A stretch of DNA of 64,000 nucleotides, from IMG/VR virus record IMGVR_UViG_3300037183_000125, positions 1 to 64,000 of that record, one strand, 5' to 3'. The translations under genes and the position numbers were made by a program. Origin of the DNA: a virus. Its lineage: Duplodnaviria; Caudoviricetes. Positions 35,501 to 45,384 of the stretch are shown here, in pieces (positions within the stretch are counted from its first letter, which is position 1; each line of letters opens with the position of its first letter). The notes under the pieces are model-generated. The model was given only the letters and a program-made list of their open reading frames with translations. It was not told the DNA's origin and did not search any database.

Positions 35501-36917
35501 CCGGAAAACACATGACGGCGTTGAAAGAAGCCGCCGACATGCTGGAGCTAAAATATGGCGCGGGTACAGGCTCATAGTCGGAGACGGAAAAACCGGTGAT
35601 GAGCGTGACCGACAAGCCAAGACGAGAAAGAGATGTGGGGCTCCCGTTTATTGCTATGTCGGGAAGGCCTCCGTTCCCGTACCCCCTGAACACACTGAAT
35701 ATCTCTATCTCGTCCGGGCCGTACTGGCTGGCCACATGAGATCCGCCGTAGAAACCGGGAAGAATACCAAGCGTCTCGAGGCAGGAGTTGCCAGAGTAGA
35801 TTTTTAGCGAAGACGTTCGGCCGTTCGCGTTCGAGCTCCTGATGGCCAGGTTGGGCCCAACAGTCGGGTCAGGATAGGCTATGGCGACAGCCCCGACCAG
35901 AACAGCATTGATCCTGTTTTTTACGTCAGACAGGGACTGTTCCGTCGAGAAGGTGACAACCTGCTGAGATCCGCCGTCGACCTCGACCGTAAAGGAAGTT
36001 CCTGAAAGGCCGAAATAGGGGCTCTGGACAGTCCCGTCGACCCTGGCGTACGGATCTGATATGGACTTTGCAAAGTTGTAAGCGTTGTTTATCTGATCAA
36101 GTACGGTGTCTCTCGTGTACGGCGGTGACGGGAACAAGACCGTGAACCCGATACCGTTCACGTTCACATCGAGTGAGTTAGTGCCGTCCAAAAGCGAAAA
36201 GAAGGAGCCAAAAGACCTGACTTTGGCCCTGGGCGTAATCTTCGCATAGTATGTGACGAGAAAATTCGTGCCGTTGAAAGTAATCTTCCCGACAATCGGA
36301 AGTCCTCCCGGGATAAGCTGCATGAGCTTTCTTCCGAGAGACCCGGAGACATGGTCATAGTATATGAGCTTCCCCCCGTCCGTCACCAAATTCTTCCCAT
36401 CATCGGTCGAGTGCGGGGCAGTTCCGCCAAGACCGTCAAACGACAGGGTTACGACGCCGTCCGTGGGCGCAGAAACTCCGGAGTACGAGCCGGGCGCCAT
36501 CCCGAGCTTCGAGAGTGTGCCAGGCGTCCCATCAGAGAGTGTGATATTTGAACTCGACCCGCTCGTGTGCGACGTGAAAACGAGGTAACCCGCTTTGTTT
36601 GAGGCGAGGGGAAACCCGGCCGCCGCGTTCACGACCAAAGCGACGCGGCCGGAGGTGGTGTCCGTTGATCCGAAGACCACGGAAAACGACGGGGACCCGT
36701 CAACGGAGACAAGTATACTGTCCCCGGGAAGTATTGAGAAGGGACTGATGGTAGAACCGGTAACACGGGCCGGGACCGACTCTTCCGCCCCTCCGGGAGG
36801 GTTCGGGAGGCTAGAGGGGGAGACGGAAGTCGATAAAGACCCGGAGGCCACGGGGTATCGAAGCACCCCATAACGAGTGTTTACGGACTTGATCTGTTGT
36901 CCACGAGGCTGGGTCAT
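32553..36917 (-). CDS. Large virion protein, probable tailspike with right-handed beta-helix
   Basis: 1454 aa, S/G/T/V/I-rich; FVTVGDG..GDFNG..LSQAV..MKPGSY then repeated I.N..V / V.NC.. strands. Confidence 0.7.
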   Translation of the reverse strand: MTQPRGQQIKSVNTRYGVLRYPVASGSLSTSVSPSSLPNPPGGAEESVPARVTGSTISPFSILPGDSILVSVDGSPSFSVVFGSTDTTSGRVALVVNAAAGFPLASNKAGYLVFTSHTSGSSSNITLSDGTPGTLSKLGMAPGSYSGVSAPTDGVVTLSFDGLGGTAPHSTDDGKNLVTDGGKLIYYDHVSGSLGRKLMQLIPGGLPIVGKITFNGTNFLVTYYAKITPRAKVRSFGSFFSLLDGTNSLDVNVNGIGFTVLFPSPPYTRDTVLDQINNAYNFAKSISDPYARVDGTVQSPYFGLSGTSFTVEVDGGSQQVVTFSTEQSLSDVKNRINAVLVGAVAIAYPDPTVGPNLAIRSSNANGRTSSLKIYSGNSCLETLGILPGFYGGSHVASQYGPDEIEIFSVFRGYGNGGLPDIAINGSPTSLSRLGLSVTLITGFSVSDYEPVPAPYFSSSMSAASFNAVMCFPEVLEFGSVPEDIDTQVQKFLAKSSGSNVDERNNPVNVLNGQVYSPQSGRGFFDVGKPVVVPADGTLGVGGFGGTDNQVLKQIVRLSSTEIVQAVIGSKFETPTSINNNLPEQPFMGFYADPTNQFSTRGFNFYVGPSNLAVSIEDNSSGSTPADQSYLGVNDGRSISFRSNEGRISDVNTIGAGETGYLRLTSATDKYLRLGETYALPSKITGYNVVRSLNARHFVTVGDGINTFGDFNGTNGLSQAVNYLIASGVTVCHIVMKPGSYTEPSTVDFSLFSDVILEGVYPSVSSPSTSISLTVSSIAAIQSTSLTNSFILRNLSVSTSVPGSQTVFIRARYVVVDNCILGSNMGIWNASYVMISRSTSICSSDSPVTFVMDDNGQPRVESLIVKNCKLASCQDQPIIGIIDSTSSSRISISRVVVTECNLQPGHATMSGISTTTPAVRTFVSSSGAGIFGIVPSQNAYGPTQVGVVIENLEVDDVDVILGSVGYNVSNVSFIALNVVPSGPQGNQAWSYTSDLAVKIDNVRIEDMRVVFPDSLSTPTQMQSPCITIAGIGIPPTSSPGSGTLVFKNVTIDVQQNIHGPATSNMLPFFGNYQVLSNSTQGGLVCLSGDSIVIENLSFLNTIDLCGSPELLVAPYEHMTIDGFETMPAIPSVSPPSNLLTTTNARMWVRDIFGTMESVIQGVIMDGGGQVSEKWINSLGGFVVFEGSSGIRTGVHFSDFAIKNFISSSTFGPGISIREVSGHGSWPTQLKGGGITIEDGYIGSSGLGSSGLAGFSNGISAIASASNVSIDGIAIRNVKVDSTHNNGIVLSLQTVNSPVSIVDCTVSLCGNAAGNGGIKVSTNNTSSSASASVIVRDNNVFRNNIPSSGQYNGIQINVRDIGSTHFPTAAAVYGNNCFDNIGYVWGKINSCQCSNVNLPSSGSFITPLTIMALGLETGYSGQTGSFASLGNGYLWTPGSRCMHNNAFLNSDFNNAQ

Positions 36918-37035
36918 ACTCTATCGGTCTCCCATGAGAAAGTCAAACAGCCACTTTCTGCGAACGACGGTTGAACAGCTGACAAGCCCAGAACAACCTA
37001 CGACCCATGATCTACCGGAAAGTATTAGAATCGTT

Positions 37036-40000
37036 TCAAAGCAATACGTACCACGAATCCACGATGTCGGTAGACAGTAACGCTGGGTTCGACGTCGACA
37101 CGATGTAGGTCAGGACCTGGCCCGAAGCGCCGCTGACCGTATAGTTCGTCCCGTACGAGATCTTGACACCGTTGACGAAAACCTGGACTGTCAAGGGATC
37201 AAGCGGTCGTTTCGACAGGTTGAAGACGGTCTGTCCGTCCGTCACGACCGGGAGGGTCTCCTGTTCGACCGACGTCAGGTTAATGTCGCTGGAGCCGAAG
37301 AAAATCGGGTCGTCATAAATATTGTTGACGAACAGAGGTGGGTCGTTCGGAACCGCATTGGCGGCGTCTACCCTTCCGCGACGTTTCTCCATCGGCTTCC
37401 CCCACACGCGGTAGCGGTCGAGGGCGGTGAAGCCCTCACCGGCGCCGGAGGCAGAGTGTGCTACGTCCGTGTCCCTGAAGTAGGACGGGACGCCCTGCGT
37501 AACGATGACCATTTGGAGCTCGGAGCCCGGATGGACCTCAATAGAGTTTACCGACTCCGGCTGAGACCGAACAAGGTAGGCCGTGCCAACCAAGACAGCG
37601 CCGACCTCGGCGTTCGGGCGTGCCTTCGGCATCTTGGAGGCGATGACGCCGCCAGGCCACGGCGGGGTGACGGACCACCCGGCTCCGCCGCGGGCCGTCT
37701 TGAAGACGGTGTCGTCGGAGAAGCTAGAGGTCCCGTCGACCTTGACGATGGACTCGCCGCCGACGCCGTTTACGCCTGAAGCCTGTCCGCAGACGAACTC
37801 GGTTCCCTCCCAGGTCGACGTGCCGGGCGGGGTCGGGTTGGTCGGCGCCTCGTACGGCGGGAAGGCCGTCGTACCGAGAGAGATCGCCGCCACGTTGCTG
37901 GAGCTCCGAGTCTGATACAAGGTCTTCCCGGAGAAGTCCTTATCACGGAACCATATGCCGAGCGGGAGCTGCGAGGTGCAGCCCATGAACTCGGGGTTCA
38001 CGTCGCGGTCGAAAACCTCGGAGATGGCGCCGCGGCTGGTCGGCGGTCGTGCGGCCCAGGAGGACGGAAGGACCGGGAACTTCGGGGTCGACCAGTCGTC
38101 GTACCCCACGCGGTTGAGCGAGAACTTCCGGTTGACGTCCACCAGGGTGCCAGGGTAGTCCTCGACGGCGTCCGGGTTCTGCTCCGGAGTGAGGAGTGGG
38201 ATCGGGTTGGAGCCAGAGAGGCGCCCTGACCCGAGGGAAGTCACGAAGTTGATGGCCGACAGGACCTCATATCCGTAGCGGTTCGGGAGGACGAGGTCCT
38301 CGACAGGCTGCAGCGGGTTCTGCCCGATGCTCTGAGCCTCCGAGATGGTGAGAGGCCCGAGACGCTGGACGTCGTCGGAGTACGCCGACTGGCTGCCGAA
38401 GACATCGCCCTGGTAGGGCTGGCGGCTGTAGTAAACCGTGATCTCGTTGTTCGTGGCGTTCAGCGAGAGCGGGGCCGGCGCGATGACGCCGATCTTCTGG
38501 TCCGAGGTCCCGGTGAAAGTGTTCGGCGGAATGGGGAGCGACCCGCCGCCGGAGGTCCGGGCGACGAGGAAGCGGCCGTTGGTCTGAAGGAACCCGCGGT
38601 CGAACCCGAAGATAGTGCATTCGACGAGGAACTCCGAGTTGTCCCACGTTGTCCCGGCCGGTGCTTTCGAGAGGTCGAGCACGTCCTTGTTCAGGACGAA
38701 GAAGATGTCGCCATTGTCGTCCACGTCGAGCAGGAGCGTGGGCCCGTCGAAGGTGTCGTGCAGCAGGTTGACGTCCGTCCCCGCGCCGCCGACGAACACG
38801 CGGTCCGCGTTGAAAGGCGAGGAGGCAGGGGTGGTCGGGTAAGGGCCGGATCCGGAAGTGTTGCGGCGGTAGACGCCGGTGACGCGCGCCGGGCCGTAGA
38901 AGAACGGGAACTGGATGCCCTGGAACGGGCCGCCGTCGACCGACCGGAGCTTGGTGTTCGTGTACTTGCGGCCGAACACGGACGGGAGCGATCCCGTCCC
39001 GTACGTCTCGCCAACCACGGGCGTGACGACGTAATAGCCGGCGCCCGACGGGTATGAGACGAGGTTTCTGTTCCAGTCCGACGTGTCGGTGGCGCCAAAC
39101 GGCCCTTCCTTCGACATGAGAAGGAAGTTCAGGCCCGACGAGAAGCGGGTCGTGCTGACCGGGACGATCGGGACGTGGTGCAGGCCCGGGCGCGGCAGGT
39201 ACTCCGTCGCGACCTCGGCGTAGCGGGCGAGAGCCCCGGTGTAGAACAAGCTAAGCGGGTCGACCACTGGGTGGACAGTGACCGTGCCGTCTTGCGACAG
39301 CTGCGGCATGGCGCCCTGGAAGGTCGTGGCGTTCGTCCAGTTGAGGGATGACCCAGAACGCACTAGAAGTGATGGGACGAGGATCTCCCTGTACGGGGCT
39401 ACGTAGAGGCTCTTGGAGCCCGGGTCGATCATGACCTCAGAAGTACGAGCCAGGTCACGGTCGTGGCCAGTCTGTATCAGAGGAGAGTGCGGCAGATACG
39501 TAGGGACCATCGGATTGCGGTCCGAGAGGCCCGGACGAAGCATTACCCTGCTCGAGTTGGTCGGGTCACCGCGATACTGGACTGCATGGACATAGTCAGC
39601 CTTGTGGGAGAGACCACGGCCCGTCCCGTATTGGACGACGAAGGACACATGCATGACGGTCTTGGCCGCGAGATCCGAGGTGGCGGGCGTCGGGACGGCG
39701 TCGGTGAACTCCTGAAAGAGGGTGTTGACGGTCCCGCTGGCGAGGGTGATGACCATATCACCGTTCCCGTTGATGGAAACAGAGAGGCCCTGTCCGCTCT
39801 TCAGGATCCGGAGGCCGGCAATAGTAACTCCGGCAGGATTCGTCGCGGACGGGGCGGTCGTGAAAGGCTGGTTGCTCGGGACTCCGCCGTTCGGGTCTGT
39901 CGTCATACCCTCGAAGTGGACGATCACGGCGTCCGGATCCTCGGACGGGAGTATGAAGCGGACTTGGTTCGCGTCAGTGGAGGGAAGACCGGCCTGGAAG

Positions 40001-41676
40001 GATGACAGGGAAACGGTAATCTGATCGCCGTTGAACCACCAGGGTACGTTGCCGTTCAGACGGAAGCCGGGCGGATGAGAGGACGGGGCGCCAGTCCACG
40101 CGACGTTCACAGTGTACGGGGTGACCGCCACCTGAAGTGTTGAGTTGAGCGAGGTCGAGTTGGTGGGGACCTGAACGGGGACGTCATAGCGCTCCGAGAT
40201 GGCAGCGTCGGACCATGCTCTACGGTTTCCGTTCGGACCGTCGAGGCGAGATAGTCCTCCGACGAATACGGATCCGTCGGTGACGCGGTCGCCGTACAGG
40301 GCGACAACGCCGGAAGAGTTGGTCGAGCCAAAGCGCTTCCAAGCCGTGCGCAAGTTTCCGCGCATGAGCTCGGTGAGGTTCGTCTTCAGGATACTGTCAT
40401 AGTCGAACTTCGGTGCCACGGAGTGGCGCATATCAAGGATGTCGGTCTTCGTGACCTGGTCCGCATACAGGCCGTCCGGGCGCACGGTGTAAAGGACGAG
40501 GGGCGTGCCTCTCGAGTGCGAACGGACGATTGTCTGAAGCTGTCCACGGTCGATCGTAACTACGAAGGAGCTTGGCGAGGTCTGCGTCACGTTGTTGACG
40601 CGAACGATCTCGTCGTTGATCCTGAAATACGACTCGCCGAACGAGGTCATGGAAGCCAGGACGGTCCCGGTGAGGCTCGTCAGGATGAACTGGACGTCCG
40701 TGTTCGTGATATCGTTCGGCAGGACGATCTGGTTCGGATAAGAGCGCGCCCCGGATCGCGATGTCGCGAGGCTGTTCCGGTTGAAGGCGCCGGCGAGGTT
40801 TCCGACATCCGAGAAACCTGCGCCATTACGGCGGAACACGGAGAATATCGGGATGGCGTAGACGAAGCCGTCGACGGTCCCGAGGGCGGAGGAGTCGCCG
40901 GAGCCCGCGCGCCAGAGGCCTGGGTCGCCGAGCTCATCGCGCATGTTCGTGAACGAGAGCGCGCCGGGCGCCAAGAGAGGGCCTTGGGCGAAGACGAGCG
41001 TCGGGTCGAAGCCCTCCGGATACTGCGCGAGGCCGACGTTCTGGACGACGCGAATCCGGTACTGGACCTGGACACGCTTGGTCGTCTCAAAGTTGACCCT
41101 CGGGTCCACCATCTCGTCAGGCAGGTAGGAAAAGCCGGACTCGACGTTGCCGAAGCGATAGAGAAAGCCGCGCTGAGGCTTGCCTGGTGCTATGCCAGGT
41201 GGAGCCGGGTCGACGTCGATGCGCTGAAGCCAGACCTCAAGAAACACGAACTCGGCCTGGTTTCCGCCCGTGGAAGCGCTTGGCGGGTTCAGGGTTATCC
41301 GGTTCCAGGAGACGGAGTCGTTCGGAGAAAGGGGAGGACTCCCAGTCTGCGTCCCGGCCACGGGGATCATCCATCCGTTGACGTTTGCCCACTCATAGTC
41401 TCCGACCTCGGTGGCGAACTGACGTCCGAAGAACAGCTGGTTCGAATAAGACGGATCGGTCGTGAAGTCGGTCGTCGGTGAAGACTCATTCATCAGCCAG
41501 CCGGACGGTATTTCTGACCGGACCTCGGACGCCTGGGCCTCGAGCTCCAGGAACGAGAGCAAGTTCAGCTCAGAGTCGAGCGGGGGCCTGTTGCCCTGAA
41601 ACACGACAGCTGCATACTGACGGTCCTTCGCGGAGAGAAAGCGAGTGACGATGGGGCCGAGGGGATTGACGGGCAT
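37036..41676 (-). CDS. Large baseplate/tail structural protein
   Basis: 1546 aa; VVFQGNRPPLDSELN, VFLEVW, ETTKRVQVQYRIRV, DGFVYAIP..VFRRN, RPDGLYADQ. Confidence 0.72.
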   Translation of the reverse strand: MPVNPLGPIVTRFLSAKDRQYAAVVFQGNRPPLDSELNLLSFLELEAQASEVRSEIPSGWLMNESSPTTDFTTDPSYSNQLFFGRQFATEVGDYEWANVNGWMIPVAGTQTGSPPLSPNDSVSWNRITLNPPSASTGGNQAEFVFLEVWLQRIDVDPAPPGIAPGKPQRGFLYRFGNVESGFSYLPDEMVDPRVNFETTKRVQVQYRIRVVQNVGLAQYPEGFDPTLVFAQGPLLAPGALSFTNMRDELGDPGLWRAGSGDSSALGTVDGFVYAIPIFSVFRRNGAGFSDVGNLAGAFNRNSLATSRSGARSYPNQIVLPNDITNTDVQFILTSLTGTVLASMTSFGESYFRINDEIVRVNNVTQTSPSSFVVTIDRGQLQTIVRSHSRGTPLVLYTVRPDGLYADQVTKTDILDMRHSVAPKFDYDSILKTNLTELMRGNLRTAWKRFGSTNSSGVVALYGDRVTDGSVFVGGLSRLDGPNGNRRAWSDAAISERYDVPVQVPTNSTSLNSTLQVAVTPYTVNVAWTGAPSSHPPGFRLNGNVPWWFNGDQITVSLSSFQAGLPSTDANQVRFILPSEDPDAVIVHFEGMTTDPNGGVPSNQPFTTAPSATNPAGVTIAGLRILKSGQGLSVSINGNGDMVITLASGTVNTLFQEFTDAVPTPATSDLAAKTVMHVSFVVQYGTGRGLSHKADYVHAVQYRGDPTNSSRVMLRPGLSDRNPMVPTYLPHSPLIQTGHDRDLARTSEVMIDPGSKSLYVAPYREILVPSLLVRSGSSLNWTNATTFQGAMPQLSQDGTVTVHPVVDPLSLFYTGALARYAEVATEYLPRPGLHHVPIVPVSTTRFSSGLNFLLMSKEGPFGATDTSDWNRNLVSYPSGAGYYVVTPVVGETYGTGSLPSVFGRKYTNTKLRSVDGGPFQGIQFPFFYGPARVTGVYRRNTSGSGPYPTTPASSPFNADRVFVGGAGTDVNLLHDTFDGPTLLLDVDDNGDIFFVLNKDVLDLSKAPAGTTWDNSEFLVECTIFGFDRGFLQTNGRFLVARTSGGGSLPIPPNTFTGTSDQKIGVIAPAPLSLNATNNEITVYYSRQPYQGDVFGSQSAYSDDVQRLGPLTISEAQSIGQNPLQPVEDLVLPNRYGYEVLSAINFVTSLGSGRLSGSNPIPLLTPEQNPDAVEDYPGTLVDVNRKFSLNRVGYDDWSTPKFPVLPSSWAARPPTSRGAISEVFDRDVNPEFMGCTSQLPLGIWFRDKDFSGKTLYQTRSSSNVAAISLGTTAFPPYEAPTNPTPPGTSTWEGTEFVCGQASGVNGVGGESIVKVDGTSSFSDDTVFKTARGGAGWSVTPPWPGGVIASKMPKARPNAEVGAVLVGTAYLVRSQPESVNSIEVHPGSELQMVIVTQGVPSYFRDTDVAHSASGAGEGFTALDRYRVWGKPMEKRRGRVDAANAVPNDPPLFVNNIYDDPIFFGSSDINLTSVEQETLPVVTDGQTVFNLSKRPLDPLTVQVFVNGVKISYGTNYTVSGASGQVLTYIVSTSNPALLSTDIVDSWYVLL

Positions 41677-41706
41677 CAGACGGCCTCTTTCATGAGAAAC
41701 ATATCA

Positions 41707-42414
41707 TCACACGCTTGAGTTGTAAAGAAACAACCAGTCCGAGAGCCAGATTGACCCCTGAGTGTTATTCACAAACTTGAGTCTGACATTCGCGCTGGAA
41801 AAAGAGAAGGCCTGGACGACCTCATACTTGGCGGTCAGGACCTTCGACACGGGCGTGAAGGACGGCCCGGCCCCGACGGTCCAAACCTCGACCGTGACAT
41901 CGTCCGGGTTGAAGTCCACGAAGCTCTTGGCGACCGGATCATAGTTGTAGAGAACACGCGGAGGGTCCGGACGGACCGGGATGGAGACGGGCGGCTGTGG
42001 CCCCTCGTCCATGCAGAGTTTAAAGCCATACCAGTGGAAGTAGACATAGGATGTCGTCGTGGAGACGAGCATCGGGTTCGTCCACAGGAACCCGCCCGGC
42101 ATAATGGCCGAACGCTTGTTCGGCCCTATCATGCAGCGGGACGAAAGGACCAGGTCAACATTGAGAAGGTTGATCAGCTCGTCCGAAAGAGCGAAAGTGA
42201 GCTGGCTCCCGCTCGGAACCTGCCGGACAGCAGTCCGGTTTTGTATGCCGACAACCTTCTCGTGTAAAAGCTCGGGGAGCGAGTCCGTCTTGGCCTCGAC
42301 GGAAAGGTCCTGCGGAACGTCGACGACATATCTGCCGGAGATGGAGAAGTCGAGGGGAGGGTTGTGGGCACTTCTCACCTTCCCGTCGAGAGTGCCTATC
42401 AAGAACTTCGCCAT
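41707..42414 (-). CDS. Putative virion structural protein
   Basis: 235 aa, beta-rich, coupled to the upstream gene by TAATG. Confidence 0.6.
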   Translation of the reverse strand: MAKFLIGTLDGKVRSAHNPPLDFSISGRYVVDVPQDLSVEAKTDSLPELLHEKVVGIQNRTAVRQVPSGSQLTFALSDELINLLNVDLVLSSRCMIGPNKRSAIMPGGFLWTNPMLVSTTTSYVYFHWYGFKLCMDEGPQPPVSIPVRPDPPRVLYNYDPVAKSFVDFNPDDVTVEVWTVGAGPSFTPVSKVLTAKYEVVQAFSFSSANVRLKFVNNTQGSIWLSDWLFLYNSSV

Positions 42415-45350
42415 TAGTAAGTGGGCCTTCTCGGACTAAGAGCATTACCGCGCACTCGATAGACCGCAGCCGCGGAGTTACCGGAAACAGGGGTTAGCGA
42501 TATCGCGTTGTCCGGGTCATAGTTCGACCAGGATGAGAACACGACGAGGACAAGCATGCCCTTTTGCCCTATGGACGACACGTCGTCCTTGAGCTCCATG
42601 AGAACCGGGTAGGCCGTCTTATGCCGTCGCCCGTATGCGAGCTCCTGGGAGTAGATGACCGGCGAGTAGATCGGAGGGGACCCGACGTCCGATTTGGGCC
42701 AAAAGTTCCGCCCCTCGGCGTCAGTCACGACGTCCGCCCCGTCCCTATACAGGGTGACCTGACCCGGATCTGGCGAGAAGGGGACGAACGGGACGAGCTG
42801 TAGGAACCCAGTGTTTATCCCGAAGTTCTGGAGCTCTACGTCGGCCGGGCCGTCGAGCAAGCTCTCCGGAAAGTTGGCGGCCGGAAGCGATCCGATGGCG
42901 ACCTGGTCGCCGGGGGCCGAGTACGGGAACGAGGAGTCCGGGCTCCCCGGTCCGACCGCTATTACCGACATGGTCTTTCCGATCGCCTTCGGGACGAGGC
43001 GAAGAGACTGTGTCCCTGCAGGCGGAAGAAGGCTTTGGACGAGTCTCGTGACGTAGAAAGAATTGTACGAGTTACCGCCAGAGATGATCGGCGCCGGCCT
43101 GTACGCGTTGTAGGTCACGGACACGGACGTGGCCGACGCAAGAGGAAAGTTGAGCTGGACGATGGTGTAGGCCGTGTTGAACGTAAAGCTCGTCGTCTGA
43201 TACGGGGAGTGGGTCCCGTCGTTAATCGTGACAGGATCCCCGGTAAGGCGTTCCGGGATCATGATAGCGGACGCGCCAGACGCCTGCCCGGCGCCGCTGA
43301 AGCCGACCGCGGTGTTGAGAGTGGACCCGTTCGCGACGGAGTCGACCTCGACGTAGCCTGTGTTTCCGGCGATCTGAATCTGGTTTATGCCGACGATTGA
43401 GGCCGTCAGGTTCAGGGACAGGGACGCGAAATGGGCGTTCATGTTGTCCCGGACGGTCGTCTTCGGGGTCGTGGTCCCGGAGGTGACGACGAACGAGGAA
43501 AAGCCGGAACTCGGGTTGTCCCTGACGCGAAGCGTGCTGTTGACGCTCGTGTCAGCGAAGCTGAGAGTGTCGGTCCCGACAATTTGAGACGGGGTCTGTA
43601 GGGCGAAGGCCGTCGTGGAGACAGATGTCGTCCTGTGACGGATTACCTGCTCCCTATGGCCGGGGTCTACCCACTGCTGTGACCCGTCGTACGACGTCTC
43701 CGTGGCGTCCGGGATGGACTTCCGGGTCCCGTCAGAGGTAGCCTGCCACCCGGATGTGTCCATCCACCCGGGGACGCCGGAGGTCGCGGCCCAGAGCTGG
43801 ACATCGGAGATCACATTCTTCGCAAGGCCGAACCCGGGAGGGTACTCGACCGCGAGTTCGGCGAACATGTTCACGTTCGAGACGGACGAGTTCAAGGTTA
43901 TGGTGACGGTGTCCGTTCCGGACACCGTCGAAGAAAAGACGACCTTCGTCGCGTAATGGGGGCTGGACGAGTTAAGGGCATCATAGTCGCCTGCCCCGGA
44001 CGATATGCGGAGGGCGGACAGAAAGGCGATGTTCGTCCCGGACGGCGCCTGGGCCTGGACGTTTGTGGCTGACGCGTTCCACGGGAGTCGGAGCGCGGAC
44101 AGCTGAAACACTATCGTGGTCTCGGGGAGTCCGCCGACCGCGTGCAGGGCTACGACGGTGTCCGTGACACCGCGGTCGCTGAAGTACCTGCGGACCCCGT
44201 CCGGGTTTCCGGCGTGCCCGGAGGTGCCGATGTCGTCCCGGTAGAGGGTGGAGGTACCGACGGTCCCGAGCCCGGTAGTGCCACCATACGTGCTCATGGA
44301 GTTGTCCAGAACTTGCTGGAAAGCCTTTTCCATGATCTCCTCGTAGTCTGACGAGCAGAATCTACGAAGATCCACAACGTCGGCCGCCACTATCTGGTCT
44401 GCGAACAGCCCGTCGGGGCGCCCCGACGACCCGCCAATCAGACCCGCGCCGTTCATGTTGGAAGAGCGATTGAAGGCCGTGCTGTTACGACGGAAGACCG
44501 CAGCCAAAGGCTGCGCATACATGAGCCCGTCGGCCGTCCCGAGGGCGGACGCAGAGGTCGAGTCGCCCGTGCCGGCAACCCACATTCCCTTGTCGTCCGC
44601 GGACGAAGAGTAGTTGTAGGCGGTCGGGGAGCCGTCCGCACCCGGGCCGGAGAAGTTGGAGACCGAGTTGGCGACCACGGAAGGATCAGTTATCCCGTCG
44701 ATGTACGAGGCCAAGTTCACGTTCGAGATGACGCGAAGCCTATACTGGATCTGGACGCGGGCGTTCGAGGCCTGGGCGTAGTTCGGGTCGATAAGGTCGT
44801 CCGAGAGGTTCACCGCGTCGGGGGCCTTCACATTCCCGTTCCGAACGATGAGGCCGGTAGCGCTCTTGTTCGCCACGCTCGGTGCCGGGAGAATGAGGGC
44901 ACGCCAGGCCTCGAGGATGACGAGATCAGTGCGCGCCCCAGAGGAGGGGGGCGACTGGAGCGTGACGAGGTTCTGTCCGGGGGTCGTGACCGAGCTATAC
45001 TCGACGCGAAGGTTCCACCCGTTGATCAGAACATTATCGGCGAGAACAGTCAACTTGTTCTGGTTCCCGGCCGTGGCGGAAGGGTATATGAAAGAGCCGG
45101 ACGGGTCGGACCTCTCGAGGAAGTCCCCGCCCAGCCAGCAGGACGTCATCCACTTCTGAGCGGCGCGGCGGAGGCCGTAGTCGGACCCGATCTGGGAACG
45201 AAGGTTCATCTCCCAGTCGATGACCGGCGCGTCGGCCTGGACGACCAAGGACTCATACGAGCGGTCGTCGCCCGAGAACGCGCCGCCCGAGGAGACGGGC
45301 TGCGGGGACTCGGAGACACCCGCCCCATAGTTTCTGTAGCCGTTAGCCAT
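42414..45350 (-). CDS. Baseplate/tail structural protein, paralog of 37036..41676
   Basis: VILEAW, RVQIQYRLRV, DGLMYAQP..VFRRN, RPDGLFADQ occur in the same order as in the paralog. Confidence 0.72.
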   Translation of the reverse strand: MANGYRNYGAGVSESPQPVSSGGAFSGDDRSYESLVVQADAPVIDWEMNLRSQIGSDYGLRRAAQKWMTSCWLGGDFLERSDPSGSFIYPSATAGNQNKLTVLADNVLINGWNLRVEYSSVTTPGQNLVTLQSPPSSGARTDLVILEAWRALILPAPSVANKSATGLIVRNGNVKAPDAVNLSDDLIDPNYAQASNARVQIQYRLRVISNVNLASYIDGITDPSVVANSVSNFSGPGADGSPTAYNYSSSADDKGMWVAGTGDSTSASALGTADGLMYAQPLAAVFRRNSTAFNRSSNMNGAGLIGGSSGRPDGLFADQIVAADVVDLRRFCSSDYEEIMEKAFQQVLDNSMSTYGGTTGLGTVGTSTLYRDDIGTSGHAGNPDGVRRYFSDRGVTDTVVALHAVGGLPETTIVFQLSALRLPWNASATNVQAQAPSGTNIAFLSALRISSGAGDYDALNSSSPHYATKVVFSSTVSGTDTVTITLNSSVSNVNMFAELAVEYPPGFGLAKNVISDVQLWAATSGVPGWMDTSGWQATSDGTRKSIPDATETSYDGSQQWVDPGHREQVIRHRTTSVSTTAFALQTPSQIVGTDTLSFADTSVNSTLRVRDNPSSGFSSFVVTSGTTTPKTTVRDNMNAHFASLSLNLTASIVGINQIQIAGNTGYVEVDSVANGSTLNTAVGFSGAGQASGASAIMIPERLTGDPVTINDGTHSPYQTTSFTFNTAYTIVQLNFPLASATSVSVTYNAYRPAPIISGGNSYNSFYVTRLVQSLLPPAGTQSLRLVPKAIGKTMSVIAVGPGSPDSSFPYSAPGDQVAIGSLPAANFPESLLDGPADVELQNFGINTGFLQLVPFVPFSPDPGQVTLYRDGADVVTDAEGRNFWPKSDVGSPPIYSPVIYSQELAYGRRHKTAYPVLMELKDDVSSIGQKGMLVLVVFSSWSNYDPDNAISLTPVSGNSAAAVYRVRGNALSPRRPTY

Positions 45351-45384
45351 GCGCGCTTCCTTCAGAATGGAGGGCTATCGAATT

